A program made the position numbers and the translations under genes. A stretch of DNA of 64,000 nt from a virus (taxonomy: Duplodnaviria; Caudoviricetes). The notes under the pieces are model-generated. The model was given only the letters and a program-made list of their open reading frames with translations. It made no database searches and was not told the DNA's origin. Where the stretch lies: the IMG/VR virus record IMGVR_UViG_3300037420_002488, positions 997-64,996 of that record; one strand, written 5' to 3'. Each line of letters starts with the position of its first letter. The first letter of the stretch is position 1. Below, one piece after another: positions 26,606-34,293 of the stretch.

Positions 26606-27337
26606 GTTGCCTAGAGAATGAAAGCCAGTCAACAGATATTCGGTAGGCGTGGGCGCGCCGAAATCTGCCGCCTCGGCAAGAACCGGCAATGCAATTTCAA
26701 GGTGGCTATTTATCCAACCCATACGGTCATCCCAATACTTCAGTAGGTGATCTCGATGCCGAATGTCAGTCTCGTTGTGCCACACGCTGTCATGCGACGT
26801 GTCTCGCGCCAAGGCCTTTGCGACCTTGGATGCAGCATGCAATCGGCCTGCTGTGTTGCTGGGTAAGGGCATCAGAGCCATTAATGCTTCGTCGGCGATC
26901 CCAAACGCGGGGTGCGAAGCAATACTCCTAATTTGGTCGCGCGCCGTGTTTTGTGCGCTTTGCAGATACGCAAGGTATTCCCGTTGATCGGCTAAGTCGA
27001 ATCGGTACTCCATCCGCAAGGGCACGTCGTTCAGGTAGTGCCGAAGATATTCATTGCATTCGGTGAGATCGGCAACCAATCCGGCGGCCATCAGGTGTGC
27101 GCGTTGCAGTTGGAGGGCTTCCCCGTCAGCCCGCTGCTTGCCAGCGATCTGGAGGGCGATATAGGCGGCGTAGAAGGTGGCCAGGCCTGACAAGGCGCTC
27201 ACGATGATGGCCAGGGCCTCTTTGAATGGCAGGTCGATGTCGCTGATCAGGATCGCCGTGCATGTGGCGCCCAACGCCCCCACGCACGCGGCTGACCCGT
27301 AAAACACCCACTTCTCCCAAGCCTTCATACCGTCCAT
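26600..27337 (-). CDS. Two-TM membrane protein with soluble C-domain (moron)
   Basis: GAGGAG RBS; two N-terminal hydrophobic helices; lower GC in the C-terminal half. Confidence 0.7.
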   Translation of the reverse strand: MDGMKAWEKWVFYGSAACVGALGATCTAILISDIDLPFKEALAIIVSALSGLATFYAAYIALQIAGKQRADGEALQLQRAHLMAAGLVADLTECNEYLRHYLNDVPLRMEYRFDLADQREYLAYLQSAQNTARDQIRSIASHPAFGIADEALMALMPLPSNTAGRLHAASKVAKALARDTSHDSVWHNETDIRHRDHLLKYWDDRMGWINSHLEIALPVLAEAADFGAPTPTEYLLTGFHSLGNL

Positions 27338-27376
27338 GCCCGCTCCTCTTCTTTGAAATTCGATTGTCCCACCCCC

Positions 27377-27409
27377 TTGCGTCTCTTTTGAATAGTATGT
27401 ATTATTCAA
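27377..27409 (+). promoter_or_regulatory. Strong sigma70 promoter with overlapping inverted-repeat operator
   Basis: TTGCGT, 17 bp, TATTAT; TTGAATA-N8-TATTCAA (27388-27409) covers the spacer and -10. Confidence 0.75.
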
Positions 27410-27451
27410 TCATTCGGGCAGCACAAGGCCCCCACCCAACTGGAGAGCGCA

Positions 27452-27751
27452 ATGCAAACTGAGATCAAAGCCATGGCCGAACAGTTCGGCGTCGAAGCCA
27501 GCGCACTGACGTGCCTGGTCATCTTCCTGCAGGACAACTTGAGCAAGCCCGGCGCGGCTGAAGCCTTCGCCCAGGCAACGCCTGCCGAGCAGGACGAGAT
27601 CATCAAGAAGGGCGTGAAGGCCTGGCGCGACCACAGCGTGCGCATCTTCACCGACCTGATCGCCAACACCACCGAGTGGGCCCAGGAAGCCCGCAAGCAG
27701 ATCGCTGACGACGTGTGGCACCACGCCCGTATGCAAGGAGCCCAGGCATGA
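27452..27751 (+). CDS. Small protein 1 of the accessory cassette
   Basis: GGAG RBS; 99 aa; no motif recognised. Confidence 0.75.
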   Translation: MQTEIKAMAEQFGVEASALTCLVIFLQDNLSKPGAAEAFAQATPAEQDEIIKKGVKAWRDHSVRIFTDLIANTTEWAQEARKQIADDVWHHARMQGAQA

Positions 27752-28098
27752 ACATCACACAGGCAAAGATTGAGGGAGTGAAGGCCTTCAGGGCAGGCCA
27801 AGGGCGTGCGCCTGCGCTCAACGGCGCCTTTATGAACGCAATGCACAATGACACCGTGGAGGGCATCAATGCGATGCTGGACGCCTACCTGCACGGCTTC
27901 GACATCGCCAGCCTTGCCAAGGACGCCCCACTGCCCAACATGCCCAGCGTGCTGGAGCTGGCCCGCATCGAACGTGCGGCCATGCTGGATGCCCTGAATG
28001 CCGCCCTCGACCAGGTGGACGCTGAGCGCGCCGAAGGCATCGAGGAACCTGAATGGGCCGCCCTGGCGCGTGACGCCGTGGCCCTGACCGCCGAGTGA
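27748..28098 (+). CDS. Small acidic protein 2 of the cassette
   Basis: AGGAG RBS, ATGA overlap; 116 aa. Confidence 0.75.
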   Translation: MNITQAKIEGVKAFRAGQGRAPALNGAFMNAMHNDTVEGINAMLDAYLHGFDIASLAKDAPLPNMPSVLELARIERAAMLDALNAALDQVDAERAEGIEEPEWAALARDAVALTAE

Positions 28099-28343
28099 TC
28101 GGCATGGCAACCTACTTTGAGGCCGCCCGCGCGGCCGAATTGCTTTTCGGCGTGATGATCACCCACTGCAGTAACCGCCGCAGCGGTGATGGCCCGTTCT
28201 CGGTCTGGGCGTTTGTTCGCGGTACGAACCACGGCAAGGCAGCCGATGCCCTGGTGATCGCCAGCGATTGCCCGGCGATAATCGAATCTGATCCCACGAT
28301 CGACGGTTCGATCGTTCGATACACCCGCAACCCCGGCAATTGA
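28095..28343 (+). CDS. Small protein 3 of the cassette
   Basis: GTGA overlap; 82 aa (or ATG at 28104). Confidence 0.6.
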   Translation: MIGMATYFEAARAAELLFGVMITHCSNRRSGDGPFSVWAFVRGTNHGKAADALVIASDCPAIIESDPTIDGSIVRYTRNPGN

Positions 28344-28346
28344 TCC

Positions 28347-28625
28347 ATGACGCCAGCGAAGAAGACAAGCACCAGAGGCGGCGCCCGCAAGGGCACCGGC
28401 CCCAAGCCAGCCGATGGCGCCACCGATCTTTCGAAGGTCACGATCACGATTGACCCGATCAGCGATTCGATCGCCAAAGACATCGGTGAAGGCGATCGAT
28501 CCCTGGGAATTCGTAGGGCACTGGCGATCGCCAAAGAGGTTCGCAGTTCACAGGTGCGCACACCAGTTCGCAAAAGTGCGCAGGTGCGAACTCGCGCACC
28601 GCGTAGACCCAATGGCGACACTTAA
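28347..28625 (+). CDS. Ribbon-helix-helix-like DNA-binding protein
   Basis: Basic arm RGGARKGTGPKP, strand KVTITID, helices SDSIAKDIG and DRSLGIRRAL. Confidence 0.7.
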   Translation: MTPAKKTSTRGGARKGTGPKPADGATDLSKVTITIDPISDSIAKDIGEGDRSLGIRRALAIAKEVRSSQVRTPVRKSAQVRTRAPRRPNGDT

Positions 28626-28719
28626 ATCAGTATTTGTTTTCAACGCTTGCCTAATGATCAGGGGTTGGTGAAACGTTGAAGCAGATGGCATTGAATTAGG
28701 CACTACAAGGAGGTATTCT

Positions 28720-30387
28720 GTGTTTCCCATATCAGATATAGAGCTTCAATTCGGAGCAACCAAAGACGAGAAGTTGCGCATTCCAAACCCTGGCGTTACT
28801 CTTTTTGTTGGGCCGAATAATTCTGGCAAGAGTCTCGTGTTGCGTGAAATATGGAATGTACTTCGAAATGGCCACGGCGGTGGTCCAGGTCAAATACTGG
28901 CTAGCATGAAATGTGCAATCTCGAGTGCAGAGCGCGAAGATAGTATTATAAGAAGAATACTCGCAGATGCAAAGATTGCCGAAGATTTGAAAGAGGACGA
29001 AAAATTTACTATTCGGGGTACACATCCGCAAATTTTGCTTTCGAAGGCCGAGCTTCGTAAATTCGTAAGGAACCCATTTTCTCTTGGCGAGCGCACACCC
29101 ATGGTTGTGCCTTCGGTAATGCTTGATGGCGCAACGCGACTGCAACTAGTCGGGCAGCAGAGCCTTCCATCACTTTCCTCGCCATCCACTACATTTGGAC
29201 GCCTTGCTACAAATGATGTGGCGCGAAGCCGTTTGCGTGCGGTCCTATTCGAAGCATTTCAAAAGTACATTGTGGTCGACGCGGTTCAATCACCTGGCAT
29301 GGCGTTTCTGAAGTTCGCTCCGACTGTCCCGCCTCCTTCACTTGAAAGAAGCTTTTCAGACGAGGCTTTGGCCTTCTTTCAAAAATGTGTGGGTATAGAA
29401 TTATTCAGCGATGGCGTGCGCGCTTTCACGGGAATTCTGGCCGAATTATTTGCCGGTGATCCTTCAGTTTTAGTGATTGATGAGCCTGAAGCGTTCTTGC
29501 ATCCATCACTCGCGTACCTGCTTGGACGGGAAATCGCTAGGCCAGCGCAATCGGGCTTTCAAAAGAATGTCTTCATTGCAACGCATAGTCCGAGTTTTGT
29601 AATGGGGTGCGTTCAGTCGTCGGCTTCAGTGAACGTAGTTCGGCTCACCTATGCAAACGGACAACCAACTGCGAGAGTGTTGAAAGCATCTGACCTGTCA
29701 TCGCTAATGCGGAACCCTTTACTGCGTTCCGTTGGTGCTATTGAGGCACTTTTCCATGATTTTGTTGTCGTCACGGAGGCGGATGCCGATCGCGCTTTCT
29801 ACGATGAAATCAACCATCGGCTGTTGCTCACCAACGATGAAAGAGGTATTCAGAACTGTCTCTTTCTACGTGCGCAGAACAAGCAAACCGTGGCGGATAT
29901 TGTTAAGCCTTTGCGTGCGCTTGGCATTCCGGCGGCAGGAATAGTTGATGTTGATATATATGAAGAGGGTGGGAAAGTTTGGTCTACCTTCGTTGACGCC
30001 GCAGGTATGGACGCTACAACAGCGGCGGGTAGTGCAATAGTTCGATCTAAGGTGAAAGATCACTTCGTGGCGTCGGGGGCGGTCAAGCCAAAACAGCGTG
30101 GGGGCGTCAACGTTCTAAGCGGTGCCCCTAAAAAGGCTGCAGACGGTTTATTTGACCAGCTTGATGACTATGGGATGTTCACAGTTCGGGGGGGCGAGGT
30201 AGAGCACTGGCTACCCGGCACAGTAAAGAGTTCGGCACATGGCCCAGATTGGCTCATAGAGGCGTTCAAGTCCATGGGTGAGGATCCATCTGATCCAGGT
30301 TACTTAAAGCCTACAGATGGTGACGTGTGGGACTTCATTGCAAAGATTGGTCGGTGGCTACGCAATACATCGCGAAAGGGAATGTGA
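28720..30387 (+). CDS. ABC-ATPase plus TOPRIM protein (OLD-like), candidate defence nuclease
   Basis: GPNNSGKS, FSDGVR, LVIDEPE, IATHSP; TOPRIM VVVTEAD...GIVDVD; AAGGAGG plus GTG; visibly lower GC than the phage core. Confidence 0.85.
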   Translation: MFPISDIELQFGATKDEKLRIPNPGVTLFVGPNNSGKSLVLREIWNVLRNGHGGGPGQILASMKCAISSAEREDSIIRRILADAKIAEDLKEDEKFTIRGTHPQILLSKAELRKFVRNPFSLGERTPMVVPSVMLDGATRLQLVGQQSLPSLSSPSTTFGRLATNDVARSRLRAVLFEAFQKYIVVDAVQSPGMAFLKFAPTVPPPSLERSFSDEALAFFQKCVGIELFSDGVRAFTGILAELFAGDPSVLVIDEPEAFLHPSLAYLLGREIARPAQSGFQKNVFIATHSPSFVMGCVQSSASVNVVRLTYANGQPTARVLKASDLSSLMRNPLLRSVGAIEALFHDFVVVTEADADRAFYDEINHRLLLTNDERGIQNCLFLRAQNKQTVADIVKPLRALGIPAAGIVDVDIYEEGGKVWSTFVDAAGMDATTAAGSAIVRSKVKDHFVASGAVKPKQRGGVNVLSGAPKKAADGLFDQLDDYGMFTVRGGEVEHWLPGTVKSSAHGPDWLIEAFKSMGEDPSDPGYLKPTDGDVWDFIAKIGRWLRNTSRKGM

Positions 30388-30441
30388 TAGCGCATTGCTT
30401 GCAATCGGGTGAGCACTAGTTCGATTCACTCAAAAAGACAC

Positions 30442-30465
30442 AAGCCCACTTCGGTGGGCTTTTTT
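30442..30465 (+). terminator. Intrinsic terminator
   Basis: AAGCCCAC-TTCG-GTGGGCTT-TTTT. Confidence 0.9.
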
Positions 30466-30470
30466 GCGCC

Positions 30471-30501
30471 TGCACTTCTATTCGGTTCGATCAAAAAGAA
30501 T
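30471..30501 (+). promoter_or_regulatory. Putative late promoter 1 (lysis/terminase)
   Basis: TGCACTTCTATT-N13-AAGAAT. Confidence 0.65.
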
Positions 30502-30588
30502 CGGCACCAGTCCTTCGATCAACACCGGGGGCTGGCGTCCCTGCTGGCCTTCGAGCTTCCTACGGGATGCCTTATGAGGTCAGATTCA

Positions 30589-31023
30589 ATGAGCGAACCA
30601 GCATCCAGCCTTGGCGGATATGCATTGGCCAAATGGCTGTGGCCCATTGCCAAGGTGTTTGGCGTCCCGGCTGCCGGTCTGGCTGGTGCCCTGATCGTCG
30701 CGGCTTTCGATCCGCACGAGGCCGAACCTGATCCCCTGAAGCGCCGCAAGCTGCTGCGCGTCCAGTACGTGACGGGCCTGGTTGTCGCCTTCTTCTTCAC
30801 GCCGGGCACCGTGGCATGGCTCGATCACATCCTTCCATGGGTTGACCTGGTGACCGTCGAAGACTGGTTGCAGGTCGCATTGCCCGTGGGCTTCCTCTAC
30901 GGCGCTCTTGCCATCGGCTTTATCGGGGCGCTGGTCAAGCTGCGCCAGATCATCGCCGATCGCGGCGCCAACGCCATCGCCGATCGCATCGGCCTGGGCG
31001 AAGACTCTGGAGAGTCCAAATGA
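30589..31023 (+). CDS. Putative holin
   Basis: Three hydrophobic segments; directly upstream of the endolysin with ATGA overlap. Confidence 0.7.
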   Translation: MSEPASSLGGYALAKWLWPIAKVFGVPAAGLAGALIVAAFDPHEAEPDPLKRRKLLRVQYVTGLVVAFFFTPGTVAWLDHILPWVDLVTVEDWLQVALPVGFLYGALAIGFIGALVKLRQIIADRGANAIADRIGLGEDSGESK

Positions 31024-31505
31024 CCGCGCCTTGGATCGACACCGCCCGCAGCTACCTGGGCACCAAGGAATACCCGGGCGCCAAATCGAATCCCATCATC
31101 CTGGGCTTCTGGAAGCTGGCCCGCCTGTCGGGCATCAAGGATGACGCCGTGCCGTGGTGCTCGGGCTTTGCCTGCGCGATGTTTGAGGCCAACGGCATCG
31201 CGTCGCCTCACAGCGACTCGGCCCGGTCTTGGCTGGCCTGGGGCATCCCGCTGGACGCGCCCGTGCTCGGCTGCGTGGTTGTCTTCCAGCGCCCCGGCGG
31301 CTATCACGTCGGGTTCGTGGTTGGCCAGGACAAGGCAGGGCGCCTGATGGTGCTGGGCGGCAACCAAGGTGATGCCGTGAGCATCGCCGCGTTCTCGCGT
31401 GACCGCGTCGTGGGCTACCGCTACCCGATCAGCGGCATTGCCACGCGCTCCACCGATCCGCTGCCCGTGCTCGCTGGCATCGCGGCCAGCACGTCGGAGG
31501 CCTGA
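31020..31505 (+). CDS. Endolysin, TIGR02594 NlpC/P60-like
   Basis: PWCSGF (Cys), SARSW, HVGFV (His), LGGNQGDAV. Confidence 0.88.
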   Translation: MTAPWIDTARSYLGTKEYPGAKSNPIILGFWKLARLSGIKDDAVPWCSGFACAMFEANGIASPHSDSARSWLAWGIPLDAPVLGCVVVFQRPGGYHVGFVVGQDKAGRLMVLGGNQGDAVSIAAFSRDRVVGYRYPISGIATRSTDPLPVLAGIAASTSEA

Positions 31506-31506
31506 C

Positions 31507-32046
31507 ATGCAGTTGCCGATCATCCCACCATGGGCAAAGGCCCTTGTCGCTTTGGCAGTCGTCGGCTGGCTGGAATACCAGCTTGTCGATTTCGTGCAGG
31601 AGAAAGAGCGCGCGGCCTGCGCTCTCCAGTCGACGCGCACCGAGCTGGCCCAGGCCAGCACCGACCTGCACGCCAGTGAAGGCCTGCGCGCCAAGGCCGG
31701 CAATACCTTCAACCTGCGCAGCGAGGCAGCAGATGACCACATCGACCGTATCCGCACCATGGAAACGCAGCTTGCCGCTGCTCGTGATGCTTCTGAGCGC
31801 TTGCGCCGCCAGCTCGCCGCCACCGTCAGCCAAGCCCAGCAGCAGTGTGGCGCCGCAGGCGATCCCGCCGCTGAGCAAGGCCGCCAAGCAGTCGAAGCCC
31901 TCGCAGCCGTATTTGGAGCGTGCGAAGCAGAACAGCGAGACCTGGCGGCAGCGGCTGCAGACCACTACAGCACCGGCCTCCGCTGTGAAGCCGAGTACGC
32001 CGCCCTGACGCCGCCGGTCACACCAGCTTCGGGGGCTGATCAGTGA
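31507..32046 (+). CDS. i-spanin (Rz-like)
   Basis: N-terminal TM plus coiled coil, following the endolysin. Confidence 0.8.
   Translation: MQLPIIPPWAKALVALAVVGWLEYQLVDFVQEKERAACALQSTRTELAQASTDLHASEGLRAKAGNTFNLRSEAADDHIDRIRTMETQLAAARDASERLRRQLAATVSQAQQQCGAAGDPAAEQGRQAVEALAAVFGACEAEQRDLAAAAADHYSTGLRCEAEYAALTPPVTPASGADQ
31733..32008 (+). CDS. o-spanin (Rz1-like) embedded in the +1 frame
   Basis: LVMLLSA-C lipobox followed by a Pro/Ser-rich mature part. Confidence 0.8.
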   Translation: MTTSTVSAPWKRSLPLLVMLLSACAASSPPPSAKPSSSVAPQAIPPLSKAAKQSKPSQPYLERAKQNSETWRQRLQTTTAPASAVKPSTPP

Positions 32047-32717
32047 CGGAAGGAAAAAAGGTCACCGACTGGGAGGCCCTGCGGCGCGACTACAAGGCGA
32101 ACTTGCTGTCCAACCGCGAGTTGGGCACGAAGTACGGCGTGTCCGAGGCCGCCATTCGCAAGAAGGCCAAGACCGGTGAGGCCAAGGGCGAAGACTGGGC
32201 CCGCGACCTGGGCGCCAGGATCCAGCAGAAGGCCGAAGAGATCGTGCGCAAGCGCGTGGCCTTGGCCGTCGACCCCGAAGAGAAGAGGGCGACCGATCGC
32301 CAGATCATCGAAGTGAACGCCAATGCGATCGTGACGATCCGCATGGCGCACCGCAAGGACATCGCAACGGCCAAGGGCCTGGTGATGGAGCTGCTGGACG
32401 AGGTGATCCACCAGACCAAGCACCGCGATCTGTACGAGGCCCTGGGCGATCTGCTGCGCAAGCCGGACGAAAACGGCATGGACAAGCTCAACGATCTGTA
32501 CTTCAAGATCATTGACCGCGACGGCCGCGTGAAGTCGGCCAAGCTGCTGGCCGATTCGCTCAAGACCCTGATCGGCCTGGAGCGCGAGGCCTGGAACATC
32601 GGCGCCGACGATGGCGGCGAGGGTGCAGGCGCAGGCAAGGTGCTGACCGATGCCGAACGCGCCAGCCGCGTGGCCGCGATCCTGTCGAGGGCCAGAAGCC
32701 AGTCCGATGCTGCCTGA
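32043..32717 (+). CDS. terS: Terminase small subunit
   Basis: N-terminal HTH (SNRELGTKYGVSEAAIRKKA..W.RD); overlaps terL. Confidence 0.8.
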   Translation: MTEGKKVTDWEALRRDYKANLLSNRELGTKYGVSEAAIRKKAKTGEAKGEDWARDLGARIQQKAEEIVRKRVALAVDPEEKRATDRQIIEVNANAIVTIRMAHRKDIATAKGLVMELLDEVIHQTKHRDLYEALGDLLRKPDENGMDKLNDLYFKIIDRDGRVKSAKLLADSLKTLIGLEREAWNIGADDGGEGAGAGKVLTDAERASRVAAILSRARSQSDAA

Positions 32718-34251
32718 CATCGACCCGAAAGAGTTGGTCCGGCTGCTGCCGTTCATGACCGCCGAGGAAAAGGCGGAACTCGACAAGCTGCTGACCGACG
32801 GCATGCCGCTGTGGATGCCGCAGGTGGGCCCGCAGCACGCTGCCTACTACTCCGAGGCCGACATCGTCTTCTACGGCGGCTCGGCCGGCGGCGGCAAGAC
32901 AGACCTGCTGCTGGGGCTGTGCCTGACCGCCCAGCAGCACAGCATCATCTTCCGCCGCGAAGCCGTCCAGTTGATCGGCATCGAAGAGCGCATGTCCAAG
33001 ATCCTGGGCACGCGCAAGGGCTACAACAGCCAGGACGGCGTGTGGCGCCTGCCTGGTGATCGAGTGATGGAGCTGGGCTCGGTCAAGCTGCCAGACGACT
33101 GGATGAAGTACCAAGGCCGCCCGCACGACCTCAAGGCCTTTGATGAGATCACCCACTTCCTGGAATCGCAGTTCCGCACGCTGATCGGCTGGATGCGGAC
33201 GGACAACCCCAACGTGCGTCAACGCGTGGTGTGCGCAGGCAACCCGCCTACCGATGCCGATGGCGAATGGGTCGTGCGCTTCTGGGCGCCGTGGCTCGAC
33301 CCACGCCACCCGAACCCGGCCAAGTCGGGCGAGCTGCGGTGGTTCGTCACCGACGAGAACGGCAAGGACAAGGAAGTGCCCAATGGTGATCGGGTGCTGG
33401 TGGGCAAGGACTGGGTCAAGCCCAAGAGCCGTACGTTCATCAAGTCATCCGTCGATGACAACCTGTATTTGTCGCTCACCGACTACAAAGCCACGTTGCA
33501 GGCGCTGCCCGAGCCGCTGCGCTCGCAGATGCTGCGCGGCGACTTCCTGGCCGGCCGTACCGATCCCGTCTGGCAGTTGATCCCCACAGAGTGGGTGAAA
33601 ACCTCCATGGCTCGCTGGTCGGAGAAGACGGCCAAAGGGCAGATGACGTGCGTGGGCTTCGACGTGGCGCGCGGCGGCATCGACAACTCGACGGCCGCAC
33701 GCCGTCACGATCGCTGGTTCGACAAGATGGTCACGGCGCCCGGCATCGTCACAAACGATGGACCGAAGGCCGCGGCGTTCATCACGCCGCTCTTGCGCAA
33801 CGGTGCGCCAATCGCCATCGACGGCATCGGCGTGGGCACGGCCGCGCTGGACTTCATCAAGGGCCTGAACCTGCGTGTGCACGCCGTGATCGGCTCGGAG
33901 AAGTCAAAGGCGATGGACAAGACCGGCAACCTGCGGTTCAAGAACGTGCGGGCCGAGATGTATTGGCGCCTGCGCGAAGCGCTCGACCCCACGGGCGACA
34001 ACCCGATCATCCTGCCTGACGACTCCGAGTTGCTGGGCGATCTGTGCGCCGTTCGCTACAAGGTCGTGACCATGGGCGAGGACGCGGCCATCCAGATCCG
34101 CGACAAGGACGAGATCCGCGAAGTGCTGGGCCGTTCGCCAGACAAGGGTGATGCCGTGGCCATGACATTTGCCGAGGGCGTGCCGTCTGCGTTGAACAGC
34201 GGATCTGCTGCTGCTTTCCGTGAAAAGCGAGGCTTGCCGGCCCGCGATTGA
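32707..34251 (+). CDS. terL: Terminase large subunit
   Basis: YGGSAGGGKT, AFDEITHF, GNPP, GFDVARGGID, SPDKGDA. Confidence 0.95.
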   Translation: MLPDIDPKELVRLLPFMTAEEKAELDKLLTDGMPLWMPQVGPQHAAYYSEADIVFYGGSAGGGKTDLLLGLCLTAQQHSIIFRREAVQLIGIEERMSKILGTRKGYNSQDGVWRLPGDRVMELGSVKLPDDWMKYQGRPHDLKAFDEITHFLESQFRTLIGWMRTDNPNVRQRVVCAGNPPTDADGEWVVRFWAPWLDPRHPNPAKSGELRWFVTDENGKDKEVPNGDRVLVGKDWVKPKSRTFIKSSVDDNLYLSLTDYKATLQALPEPLRSQMLRGDFLAGRTDPVWQLIPTEWVKTSMARWSEKTAKGQMTCVGFDVARGGIDNSTAARRHDRWFDKMVTAPGIVTNDGPKAAAFITPLLRNGAPIAIDGIGVGTAALDFIKGLNLRVHAVIGSEKSKAMDKTGNLRFKNVRAEMYWRLREALDPTGDNPIILPDDSELLGDLCAVRYKVVTMGEDAAIQIRDKDEIREVLGRSPDKGDAVAMTFAEGVPSALNSGSAAAFREKRGLPARD

Positions 34252-34255
34252 TGCG

Positions 34256-34286
34256 TGCACTTCTATTCAAGAGGTCACCGCAATAT
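34256..34286 (+). promoter_or_regulatory. Putative late promoter 2 (portal/head)
   Basis: TGCACTTCTATT-N13-CAATAT. Confidence 0.65.
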
Positions 34287-34293
34287 CGACTGC

